From Candidatus Aenigmatarchaeota archaeon (lineage in GTDB: Archaea > Aenigmatarchaeota > Aenigmatarchaeia > QMZP01), in NCBI GenBank assembly GCA_038999435.1, contig JAVZYR010000011.1:1-21898 (forward strand): a DNA stretch of 21,898 nucleotides, read 5' to 3'. The notes under the pieces were generated by a model. The model ran no database searches and was not told where the DNA came from. It was given only the letters and a program-made list of their open reading frames with translations. Positions 1 to 9,587 of the stretch are shown in pieces. How positions within the stretch are numbered: the stretch's first letter is position 1; each line of letters opens with the position of its first letter. Made by a program: the position numbers and the translations under genes.

Positions 1-1
1 G

Positions 2-196
2 CTTGAGAGGACAAAGGCGGACATCACACCAGTCATAAAAAAGGTCATTGCAGAGCATCAAAAGGCAGTAGAAGATTACAAAAAGGGTCAAGAGAAGGCA
101 ATAGATTTCCTTGTTGGCAAGGTTATAGCAGAGACGAAGGGCAGGGTTGATGCAAAAGAGATAAGAGAAATGCTTAAAAAGTTTATCAAAAAATAG
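2..196 (+). CDS. gatB: Asp-tRNA(Asn)/Glu-tRNA(Gln) amidotransferase subunit B, C-terminal (Yqey-like) end; 5' partial
   Basis: Manual translation of frame 2: LERTKADITPVIKKVIAEHQKAVEDYKKGQEKAIDFLVGKVIAETKGRVDAKEIREMLKKFIKK*. This matches the GatB C-terminal pattern V.DYK.G..KA..FLVG.V...T.G. Stop TAG at 194-196. Confidence 0.88.
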   Translation, partial: LERTKADITPVIKKVIAEHQKAVEDYKKGQEKAIDFLVGKVIAETKGRVDAKEIREMLKKFIKK

Positions 197-238
197 TATT
201 CCTTTCTTTTTAAAATCTTTCTGCTAAATTATTAATTG

Positions 239-3200
239 ATGGCAAACAAAAGGCCAAACAAGGTTTATGCATATGCAGTCATATTATTTTTAGTTTGTTT
301 TGTTTTCCTATTTACAACCTTAACGGGCTACATGGCTGGCTATATAGAATATGTCAGTCTTTCAAGCGATTTCCCAGACATAAACTTTCAAGAAGTAAAC
401 AGGGAATTGATGGCATTCAGCAAGGACAATGTAGCAGTTGAGCTACAGGGACCGAGGATTGCTGAGAATAGGATAATAAGGGTTGTACAGGATACTGTTT
501 ATGTAAAAGGTATAGATTTTGATTCAGCAACTGTTTATGTCGAGCATGGCCCGCTTGGAGCCGTATACACAATTCCAAGTATTTACTATTGTGCTGATGC
601 GGATTTTGACCCTGACACAATGCAGTGCGCAGATTGGCAGGTCCTGACAGAGAAAAAGGTTATTGAGGTATGCGAAGGACAGACTATAGGAGAGGAAGGA
701 TTAACAGAAGAAGTTATTGAAGGTGTGTCTATACCGGAAACAGAAGAAGCTGAGCAAATAACCCAAACTGAGGTGCAAGAGACAGAGGGTTTAGAGGAGG
801 TCGAAGGCATGCAAGGGCCAGAGCTGACAGGAGAATTGATTGGCATGGAATGGCAGGAAGAGAGCGGAGCTGAAGCCATGACTGAGTTTGAAGTAAGCAG
901 TGAAGAGAGGGCTGGTTGTAAAAACATCACTATTGATGTGCCTGTGAGACCGCAGTTTAACGAAAGTCATTACTGGTTTTCTGTCGCGCACTTCACTGCA
1001 TATTATGTCAACTCATCGGGTGGGGATTTCCCAAACATCACTGCATGTCTTGATGCAATCAACGAAACAGGCGATAGTTGTTATATAAACGAGCCAGGCG
1101 AGTATGTGATAGAGAATGAAACATATTACTCCATCTCAGATCCTGATGGTGATGGCGTGATAAACCTTGTTGCTGATGATATTATCCTTGACTGCAATAA
1201 CTCGATTATAGAACGAAAATTATTTTACAGAAATGATACAGGTATATTGGCAAAAGACAGAAACAACATAAAAATCCAAAATTGTATTGTCAGAAATTAT
1301 GACTATGATGTGAATGTAACAGGTTCTGCTTCATGCAGCTTGATGTCAAATAACATTAAAAATGCCTACTTTACGAACTCTGAATTGTGCAATTTGTCAT
1401 CCAATACATTTTGGAATGCCTTTATCACAAATTCACAGGGCTTTACACTTACATCAAATAATATCAGTGACAACTTGCGCATTTCAGGGGATGACATAAT
1501 CTATTACAATCACGCAATCGACCTGAGCAATCTTCTCAATGGCGGTCTGATTTACTATAACCTTTCTGTTTCTGATTATATATATTCAGGGCTGACAGCA
1601 AATTGGCTCGTCTGTGTTAATTGCAGCAACATAAGCATTGTTGACAGCAATATCAGCCATCAAGGAATATTCCTTGGCTGGACAAATACAAGTTTGATTG
1701 CCAACAGCACAGGTACATTTTGGGGCAGTAGCGAGACAGGAATAACACTTTTCAGGAGCAGGGATGCTGAGATTTCAAATTACAGGTCTGGTAATATATC
1801 AGCAATTGGTTCAAGCAGTCCAAACCTCAGCTTTTTCAGGTATGGCATTCTTTTGAATGAGAGCATTAATGTAAGCATAAAGGATGATACCCAACTTGCT
1901 TATGCCTATCTAAACTATACTCCGGGTAATATCATCAGCTATATTCTGTATCTTGTGAACAGCAATAACACCATCATCAACAATGTAACAGCAAAGGGGT
2001 GGCAATTAGAAGGTTCTTTTGAAAATACATCCATATTAAAGCTTGTGAATTCACACAACAACAGCATAAATAGTTCATATTTTTACTACAGTGCATCCAG
2101 TACAATTATCATAAATATGACCAATTCTTCTGACAATAACATATCAAATTCTAATATAATTACAGCAGGCTCTGGAGCTTGGGCTAAAGGGATTGCGCTC
2201 AGTATGTCAAATTCGCACAGGAACGTATTCACTAACAACATAATACTGGGTAAAAATTCGCATACTGGAAATCAGTTATCACCACTGCCAGGATGTGCAC
2301 AGATTGCTTATTCGCAAAACAACACATTCATCAACAACAGCATGGAAGGTACTTATGGTGCTTATTGGGCTGCAGGTGCTATTTATGTCACAAATTCACC
2401 AAATACCATATTTATAAACAACACGATAAACTCTTCATACAGTTCAGCTGTTGCATGGGACCTGCCAACAATCAGGTTTTCTTCTTCACCTGGATGTGTG
2501 ATGGAAGGAAACAATCTAAGCAGAACCAGTTCAATAGGCGTAATGATAGAAAATTCAGGCAACCTTACACTCTTGGGAAATAACATAAACCGTTCAGTTG
2601 TTGGTGGTCTTGTCATTCGAGGTTCTTCATTGTCACATTATCTGCACACAATTTCTTCTGACAACCTTGTTGGAGGAAAGCCTGTTTATTACAATCATTC
2701 AATATCAGACCACATCTTCTCAGGCCTTGACGCAGACATGATTGCCTGTGCAAACTGCAGTAACATAATCATAGAAGACAGCAATGTTAGTCGGGATGGC
2801 ATAAGGTTGTGGTGGACAAATCACAGCCTGATAAACAACAGCTTTTCAAATGATACATGGGAAGGTATGGTGCTTTACAAGTCGCGAAACATAACAATGA
2901 TGAACAACCAGATAAATAAAAGCAGATATAGAGGCCTATCAATCACTGGTGATACAATAGAAGAGGTTTGCCACACAATCGACACAAGCAACCTTGAGGA
3001 TGGTGTTCCAATACAGTATGCATGTGGTCAGAGCGATTTAGTATATGAAAATCTTGTAATTCCGTATCTTGCCTGTGCAAACTGCACAAACCTTATAATC
3101 AGGAATTGCACATTTGCAAATGGAACAGGTCTGAATATATGGTTTTCTGACAATGCATCTATCTATAACAACACATTTGACAATTTCAAGATGATATCTC

Positions 3201-6200
3201 TTAAAAATCATACCTGCAATGTCTTTGAAAACAATACAATAAAATCTCAGTCCATAACAGCGCCTGGCGCTAATTTCATAACGCAGAATAAACTTGTATT
3301 TTCAAACATAAGTTCATGCAAGATATACAACAACACTATATATTCCTCTGCATCTGAATTCATAGGCACCAACAGTCTTGTTTTAGAAAAATCAAGTGGA
3401 AATCTCATAGATTCGAACAGGCTCATTGGCCTTCGTTGCCATGGCATACTTCTGTCTTCTAGCCCAAACAACACAATCTCCAATAACATTGCAAATACAA
3501 CAATTCCAATCGGCGGTAGTTGTTATGGTTTTTATTTGTCATCACAATCTAACAATTTAGTAGTTTACAACAACACAGCCATTGGGGCAACAACGACAAA
3601 TGCAGCAGGGTTTGGTTGTGGTTCAAGCAATAATCTCAACATATCTTTCAACAATGCAACCAAAAACTACTATGGCTTCTCAATAAATGGATGTCAAAAT
3701 TCAAACATAACTGATAATGTTGCTAATAACAATACTGCCACAGGATTTGTGATTTTTACTGTCTCAACTGATACTAAAATAGCAAATAACAATGCAAGCT
3801 CCAATTCTTATGGCTTTTCTTTTTCTTCCCCAGGCCTTATTATAGAAAACAACACAGCTGATAACAATACCTATGGCTTTACTGTGGCAGCGGCAAACAA
3901 CCTTACCAACAACACAGCCGTGGGCGGAACTTTGGGTTTCAACATATCCTTTACAGCTCCAAACTCAAACCTCACAAACAACACAGCGCTCAAATCTACT
4001 TATGGCTTTTATATTTCAGCCCAAAATACAACACTTGTTGGCAACATAGGAGAGAACAACTCATATGGCTTTTATTTATCGGAAAGCAGTAGTGGCAGTG
4101 TGCTGAAGGGCAACACGGCAAAAAATAGCACAAGCCAAGGTTTTAGTTTGTATTATACGAAAAACGTAACACTTGAGGACAACATAGCAATAGGCATACC
4201 TCGGGGTATATATACATTTAATACAACTGATGCAAAAATTCACAACAGCAACATCACGGGATGTGACTGGAGCATTGTGCTTGGAAATTCTTCCAATATC
4301 ACAATGACTGATAATATCGTCACAGATAGTAAATATTATGGCATTTTTGTTAATGGAAATGCACCGTATCACTTTGCCCACACAATCCCAACATCAAATA
4401 CAATCAATGGCAAGCCTGTCTATTATAATCATTCGCTATCCAATTATGCCTTTGATGGGCTTGATGCAGGTCATATAGAATGCGCATTCTGCAATGGCGT
4501 GAACATAACAAATTCACAGGCAATTGGTGATGGCATAATCCTGCGCTTCTCAAACAATAGCAGGATTGAGCAATGTGATGTTTCAACAACATATAGTTCG
4601 CTTTGGGGCTATAAGCTTGAAAACACCTCAATAAACAATTCTGTATTTAATTATAATTCAAATATTGAATATTCTAACAACACATTCATCTCCAACTCCA
4701 CCTTCCAAAACTCCTCAACAGATCTCCGTATCTTCCGTGTCAACAACACCTTCATCTCCAACTCCACATTCCAAAACGCCTCAAGAGGCCTTTCTGTTTC
4801 TTCTTCCAACAACACCTTCATCTCCAACTCCACATTCCAAAACGCCTCAACAGGCCTTTATGTTTCCTCTGCCAACAACACCTTCATCTCCAACTCCACA
4901 TTCCAAAACGCCTCAACAGGCCTTTATGTTTCCTCTGCCAACAACATCTCAATTGATACAAGTAGATTTTTAGACAGCGACAATTGTATCTTTGCATCAC
5001 CAAAAACAGGTTTCTTAACAAATTCTAATTTCAGCAACTGTATCACCTCCACGATAACAGGAAGTTGGCAAGATTCAAACATAAGTGGTAACAAGATTGA
5101 AAATTGTGGAGAGAGTGTGGTTTCACTCACGGTTAATAATTCAATAATATCATATAATAACATTTCAAATTGCAGTTCAACAGTAATAATAATACATTTA
5201 GACGGGAGTGGGATTGAGTTTTCTAATAATATATTCGAAAATAGTTCAACCATGGATTATTTCGTGGATTTGGCAGTTAGTCCAACAACAACATTAACAA
5301 ACAATGTGAGAAAGAACTTATTTAGAAACATAACAGCCCTTGTCATATTATATATCGAAAATAGTCAAAATATAAGTGTGGAGGATAATGAATTTATTAA
5401 TAACACAGCCAGCAGTATACTTACACTTTGGGCAGTAACTAATAGCACGTTCTCTGGAAACTATTTCAATAACAGCCCTGATAGTGTAGATTATTCAATC
5501 GTGATTGGGGATACTGACACCACTAACAATGTTTTCCATCACAACTACTTCTACAATAGCAGTATTTTACATGCATTTGCAGAAGAGCCAGGCAATCATT
5601 TCAACATCACAGGCTCTGGTGCACAGGGCAATTACTGGGATGACATAGGCAATCTGCAAATATATGATATCGATGGCGATGGCTATGGCGACAGTGGGCC
5701 TGATTATCCATATTCAAATGCAACAGGCGGGCGGGTCAGCCCAAATGTAGTTGACTGGGGCCCGATATTGGAAGAAGATGTGACGCCACCACAAATTACA
5801 ATCATCTCACCTGAAAACATTACATATTGCTCATCATCGCTATGGGCAAACATAAGCTGCAATGAGCCATGTAATTGGGCTGGATATAGCCTTGATGGAC
5901 AGCCAAATGTCAGCATGTCCAGTACTGATTACTGGAATTGGTCAGCATATTTAACAGGCTTGTCAAATGGTCAGCACAATATCACATTCTGGGCTAACGA
6001 TACATCAGGGAATATGAATCAGTCCGATTATGTGTGGTTTAGCATTGACATCTCTGGCCCGTACTGGTCTGGCAATATCACAGCACCGGCAAGCCCAACC
6101 ACATATCAACCAGGTAAAAACTATCAATTCAATATCACTTGGACAGACCCAAACAGCATCGACACAGCGCTTATACGCGGAAACTTCACAGGCACGATGC

Positions 6201-8056
6201 AGAACTATACACCAACAAAGGTAGGGGATGTGTACAGCATAACCATTGCAGACCTTGCTGCTGGGACATATGCATGGGGTTCATGGGCAAATGATAGTAT
6301 ATGCGGAAATTCAAACTCAACACCGGATTGGATATATTTAGTGAACAAAGCCGAAACTATTTTAACACTCTCAGCACAACCTGCCTGGTCAGTAACATAC
6401 GGCACTCAAACAAACATAACATGCTCTGCAAACAACAACGAAGCCCAGATAGCCCTATACAGAAATGACAGCCAAGTTGCATCTGGCTATGGCCTTGTCT
6501 ATGAAAGCACAACGCTCGCAGCCGGCCTTTGGAACTATACATGCAACACATCAGGTTCACAGAACTGGACCGCTGCATCTGTCTCAAATCTGCTTAATGT
6601 CACCTTAGCTGATACAAATCCACCAGGCATTATATTTATCACACCAACACCTACAAATGCATCTTATCGCAACATCAATTGGGTATATATAAACATCTCT
6701 GTTACAGACGATACTTCTAACATAGATGCATGTTGGGTTGAATGGAATGGAAGCAACTATACAATGACAAAGGTGGGTTCTGGCCTGTCTGTAACATGCT
6801 GGTACAACATGACAGACCTGGCTGATGGCATATATAGCTACAAAGCATGGGCTAATGATAGCGTCGGCAATGTTGGCTTATCCGAAGAAAGGATTGTGAC
6901 AATAGACACAGAGCCACCAAAGATATTGAATGTCAGGGCAGAGTCTATAACAACGAGTTCAGCTGTTATCAAATGGGATACTGATGAGGAAGCAAATGCA
7001 ACAGTACGCTATGGCAAGACACAGGCGCTTGGTTCTGTGAGAAGCAACAGCTCATTTGCTCTGAATCATACGATTGATTTGGTGAATCTAGAATCAGGCA
7101 CGCTTTATTATTACAATGTCAGTTCGTGTGACCGTGCAGGCAACTGCAATATGACAGGTCTGTACAACTTCACAACAAATATATACATACCACCAAGACC
7201 ACCAGCTGGAGGGGCTGGACCAAGTATATCTTATCTGCATATAATCGTCAATGTCACACCCCAAGAAGTCGTGATAAGTCCAAATATAATTGTGCTATTT
7301 GAGGTTGTTGATTTCGATAGCTTGACGAGAAGCCTGAGATGGACAGGTACTGATAAAGGCAAGGTGACATTCACAATACAGGGCATGGCTATAGAATTAC
7401 CGCTAAACAAAAGGGTTGATATAGACCTAAATGGCGATAATGAAAATGACATATGGATAACCGTCACAAGGATTGATGCAACCGTGACATTCCTTATTGC
7501 AAAAATACCAAAGGAAATTCCAGCACCGCCTGAGATAATATGTCAGCCAGGTGAGAGAAGATGTGAAGGCAGGGAATTGCAGGAATGCGGCAGAGAAGGC
7601 ACAGAATGGAGAACACTTGTGATATGTGAATATGCATGTGTAAATCTAACATGCCTGGTCCCGCCTGTAATACCAATAGGACCTACAGCAGCACCGCCTG
7701 TTGAAATAACGTCCCTTGCAATTGCAATTGCATCTATAGCCATATTATCAGGCATATTCTATGCAAAGAGAAGGCTGAGAAAAGGGCTTGCTGATGTAAT
7801 GAAGGATGTCTATGGCATGATTAAACAAGGGAAAACAGATTACCAGATAAGAAACGCTCTACAAACAGCTGGCCTGGGCACAAGGACTATTGAACTTATC
7901 TTGCAAGAAATGAGGAGCAGGCCAAATAAGATAGATGCAATGATGGGGTGGGTTCAGGAGCAGATAAAGGCTGGAAAGAGTAAGAAGGAAATAAAGAAAC
8001 AGCTAATGCGCGAAGGCTGGCCAAAAGAGATGGCAGAGATGGCAATAAGAGATTAG
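239..8056 (+). CDS. Giant (~2,605 aa) membrane-anchored surface glycoprotein with right-handed parallel beta-helix (NosD/CASH/PbH1-like) repeats, Ig/FN3-like domains and a C-terminal TM plus cytoplasmic tail
   Basis: ATG at 239 (the track starts at TTG 236). N-terminal hydrophobic segment; long Asn/Ser/Ile-rich beta-helix-type repeats (e.g. NNTAxxNxYGF); GKPVYYN and GNYWDD motifs typical of archaeal NosD-domain proteins; DxTPP.I Ig-like modules; FN3-like segment (SAVIKWDTDE...LESGTLYYYNVSSCD); TM ITSLAIAIASIAILSGIFYA followed by KRR; very many N-x-S/T sequons. Confidence 0.85.
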   Translation: MANKRPNKVYAYAVILFLVCFVFLFTTLTGYMAGYIEYVSLSSDFPDINFQEVNRELMAFSKDNVAVELQGPRIAENRIIRVVQDTVYVKGIDFDSATVYVEHGPLGAVYTIPSIYYCADADFDPDTMQCADWQVLTEKKVIEVCEGQTIGEEGLTEEVIEGVSIPETEEAEQITQTEVQETEGLEEVEGMQGPELTGELIGMEWQEESGAEAMTEFEVSSEERAGCKNITIDVPVRPQFNESHYWFSVAHFTAYYVNSSGGDFPNITACLDAINETGDSCYINEPGEYVIENETYYSISDPDGDGVINLVADDIILDCNNSIIERKLFYRNDTGILAKDRNNIKIQNCIVRNYDYDVNVTGSASCSLMSNNIKNAYFTNSELCNLSSNTFWNAFITNSQGFTLTSNNISDNLRISGDDIIYYNHAIDLSNLLNGGLIYYNLSVSDYIYSGLTANWLVCVNCSNISIVDSNISHQGIFLGWTNTSLIANSTGTFWGSSETGITLFRSRDAEISNYRSGNISAIGSSSPNLSFFRYGILLNESINVSIKDDTQLAYAYLNYTPGNIISYILYLVNSNNTIINNVTAKGWQLEGSFENTSILKLVNSHNNSINSSYFYYSASSTIIINMTNSSDNNISNSNIITAGSGAWAKGIALSMSNSHRNVFTNNIILGKNSHTGNQLSPLPGCAQIAYSQNNTFINNSMEGTYGAYWAAGAIYVTNSPNTIFINNTINSSYSSAVAWDLPTIRFSSSPGCVMEGNNLSRTSSIGVMIENSGNLTLLGNNINRSVVGGLVIRGSSLSHYLHTISSDNLVGGKPVYYNHSISDHIFSGLDADMIACANCSNIIIEDSNVSRDGIRLWWTNHSLINNSFSNDTWEGMVLYKSRNITMMNNQINKSRYRGLSITGDTIEEVCHTIDTSNLEDGVPIQYACGQSDLVYENLVIPYLACANCTNLIIRNCTFANGTGLNIWFSDNASIYNNTFDNFKMISLKNHTCNVFENNTIKSQSITAPGANFITQNKLVFSNISSCKIYNNTIYSSASEFIGTNSLVLEKSSGNLIDSNRLIGLRCHGILLSSSPNNTISNNIANTTIPIGGSCYGFYLSSQSNNLVVYNNTAIGATTTNAAGFGCGSSNNLNISFNNATKNYYGFSINGCQNSNITDNVANNNTATGFVIFTVSTDTKIANNNASSNSYGFSFSSPGLIIENNTADNNTYGFTVAAANNLTNNTAVGGTLGFNISFTAPNSNLTNNTALKSTYGFYISAQNTTLVGNIGENNSYGFYLSESSSGSVLKGNTAKNSTSQGFSLYYTKNVTLEDNIAIGIPRGIYTFNTTDAKIHNSNITGCDWSIVLGNSSNITMTDNIVTDSKYYGIFVNGNAPYHFAHTIPTSNTINGKPVYYNHSLSNYAFDGLDAGHIECAFCNGVNITNSQAIGDGIILRFSNNSRIEQCDVSTTYSSLWGYKLENTSINNSVFNYNSNIEYSNNTFISNSTFQNSSTDLRIFRVNNTFISNSTFQNASRGLSVSSSNNTFISNSTFQNASTGLYVSSANNTFISNSTFQNASTGLYVSSANNISIDTSRFLDSDNCIFASPKTGFLTNSNFSNCITSTITGSWQDSNISGNKIENCGESVVSLTVNNSIISYNNISNCSSTVIIIHLDGSGIEFSNNIFENSSTMDYFVDLAVSPTTTLTNNVRKNLFRNITALVILYIENSQNISVEDNEFINNTASSILTLWAVTNSTFSGNYFNNSPDSVDYSIVIGDTDTTNNVFHHNYFYNSSILHAFAEEPGNHFNITGSGAQGNYWDDIGNLQIYDIDGDGYGDSGPDYPYSNATGGRVSPNVVDWGPILEEDVTPPQITIISPENITYCSSSLWANISCNEPCNWAGYSLDGQPNVSMSSTDYWNWSAYLTGLSNGQHNITFWANDTSGNMNQSDYVWFSIDISGPYWSGNITAPASPTTYQPGKNYQFNITWTDPNSIDTALIRGNFTGTMQNYTPTKVGDVYSITIADLAAGTYAWGSWANDSICGNSNSTPDWIYLVNKAETILTLSAQPAWSVTYGTQTNITCSANNNEAQIALYRNDSQVASGYGLVYESTTLAAGLWNYTCNTSGSQNWTAASVSNLLNVTLADTNPPGIIFITPTPTNASYRNINWVYINISVTDDTSNIDACWVEWNGSNYTMTKVGSGLSVTCWYNMTDLADGIYSYKAWANDSVGNVGLSEERIVTIDTEPPKILNVRAESITTSSAVIKWDTDEEANATVRYGKTQALGSVRSNSSFALNHTIDLVNLESGTLYYYNVSSCDRAGNCNMTGLYNFTTNIYIPPRPPAGGAGPSISYLHIIVNVTPQEVVISPNIIVLFEVVDFDSLTRSLRWTGTDKGKVTFTIQGMAIELPLNKRVDIDLNGDNENDIWITVTRIDATVTFLIAKIPKEIPAPPEIICQPGERRCEGRELQECGREGTEWRTLVICEYACVNLTCLVPPVIPIGPTAAPPVEITSLAIAIASIAILSGIFYAKRRLRKGLADVMKDVYGMIKQGKTDYQIRNALQTAGLGTRTIELILQEMRSRPNKIDAMMGWVQEQIKAGKSKKEIKKQLMREGWPKEMAEMAIRD
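4676..4946 (+). repeat. In-frame 66-bp tandem repeat (4 full copies plus a partial fifth) encoding 22-aa units NNTFISNSTFQNxS...
   Basis: Units start at 4676, 4742, 4808, 4874 and 4940 (partial). Copies 3 and 4 are identical; copies 1 and 2 diverge in the last third. Markedly C-rich relative to the flanks. Confidence 0.95.
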
Positions 8057-8059
8057 ATT

Positions 8060-9526
8060 CTATAGATCAGGAAACCAAATAGTACACCCTGCTGGAGAAG
8101 TGTCCTTGTTTTGGTTTTGGTCTATAGGCGTGATTATAAAGACCTCCCATCCATATATAGTGATAGGAATCTCAAATGTGCAATCAAATCTTTCTCTTAT
8201 TCCTAATGGGCCACATCTTTCTATAAGCTCGTTATCTGTAAATGATTTTATAATGAGATTATCAATTCTTGCAAACTCTAATGTTTTAACACCCCACACA
8301 CCATTGCAAGGATATTCAAAGTTTGTATTTAAAGGATTGAATATATCATTTTCTGCAGAATAGTAGTCCCAACAATCCCCATCTATTGGTGTGCAGTGTA
8401 TTTGGATAACTGTGTCAAATGGATAATTTGGCAGTTCGCTTGAAAAGAATGGGGCATCATACGCACAACGTTTTGTTATACCATTTATCGTTACTTCACA
8501 AGGTCTTAACTGGGAATATCCAAGCAAATAAGAGGGTATATTGACTGTTTTCAAGGAAATAATTTTTTCTGACATGCCTGCACTATTTTTTGCCCAAAAC
8601 TTAAATTTGTAAATGCCGAGGTCACCATTCTCATTAAAAGGAAAGTATACATAAAGTTTTTTGCCATCAGCCACATAGTTGCCTTCCATTGTCTCATAAA
8701 GGGTGGGGTCTTCTGTAACATTTTCCCAACCATATTCCTCTGCCACACCAATTATATCTGCTTCGATGTTTGTCTGTTCATTCCTGCAAAAATAGGCATC
8801 GGCATCTGTGAAATAAAGGGTATGAATATATCCACAAAAACTTGATTTTAGGTTTTTTATTTCAACTTCAGGTGGGTTCAGTATACATGCACCATTTTCG
8901 CATTGGTCTGGGCAAACGTACTCTGTGCTGCTTGCAAGGTTATCTTGGCAGAACCATTCTGTTAATGTATTACCTTCGCAAGAATCTGTATGGCTTCCGT
9001 AGTTATCAATGGTGGTTCCGCTTACATCATAGTTCAAACCACCATCTGTATCTGTGCAAAAAGGTTCAACAGAGTTACCATCCATAACATTTATTAATTG
9101 ATCATCTATAGCAGTTCTGTTCCTGCTATCCTGAATAAGCAACTTTGCAGTATATTCACCTGGATTTGTATATTCATAATCAAATGCAGCATAGCCATTA
9201 TCAGCGCCTGATACGTCCTGATAGTTTTTTGCAATACCATTTATTGCTTTGTTTAAATTACCCTTGCAATTTGTAAAATCAACCACATCATCCCCATTAA
9301 CATCCCAGTATCTACATAGTTTTTTATATTCCTCTTCAGAAACCGGGGAACAATCTTCAAAATGAACCTTTAAGGGAACTGTTCCTTTAACAGGGCTTGC
9401 ACATATCTCTGCATTCAGATTGTCATTATTGTTGTTATTTGGTTTTCCACATGATGAGAAATACAATGCTAGCCCAAACCCTAAACCGATTAGTGTATTT
9501 TTAAGATACTTTCCAAGGTATCTCAT
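8060..9526 (-). CDS. Putative lipoprotein with PKD-like domain and Cys-rich CTDTDGG module
   Basis: Signal peptide ending in lipobox-like FSSC, then a poly-Asn linker. PKD-like motifs G.VPL.V.F, YWD.NGD and YEYTNPGEYTAKL. CTDTDGG...DSC.GNTLTEWFC...CP..CENGAC is a Cys-rich module common in archaeal extracellular proteins. Confidence 0.75.
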   Translation of the reverse strand: MRYLGKYLKNTLIGLGFGLALYFSSCGKPNNNNNDNLNAEICASPVKGTVPLKVHFEDCSPVSEEEYKKLCRYWDVNGDDVVDFTNCKGNLNKAINGIAKNYQDVSGADNGYAAFDYEYTNPGEYTAKLLIQDSRNRTAIDDQLINVMDGNSVEPFCTDTDGGLNYDVSGTTIDNYGSHTDSCEGNTLTEWFCQDNLASSTEYVCPDQCENGACILNPPEVEIKNLKSSFCGYIHTLYFTDADAYFCRNEQTNIEADIIGVAEEYGWENVTEDPTLYETMEGNYVADGKKLYVYFPFNENGDLGIYKFKFWAKNSAGMSEKIISLKTVNIPSYLLGYSQLRPCEVTINGITKRCAYDAPFFSSELPNYPFDTVIQIHCTPIDGDCWDYYSAENDIFNPLNTNFEYPCNGVWGVKTLEFARIDNLIIKSFTDNELIERCGPLGIRERFDCTFEIPITIYGWEVFIITPIDQNQNKDTSPAGCTIWFPDL

Positions 9527-9587
9527 CGTATTATAATTTTGAAATGGTATTTAAAAGCTTTTTGAGCATCATTCCAATTAAATTTAT

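Noticed and set aside
4676..4946. Diversity-generating retroelement TR/VR pair (AAC-rich repeats)
   Set aside because: The copies are tandem and in-frame, the AAC codons are the conserved part, differences are not adenine-specific, and no reverse transcriptase is present.
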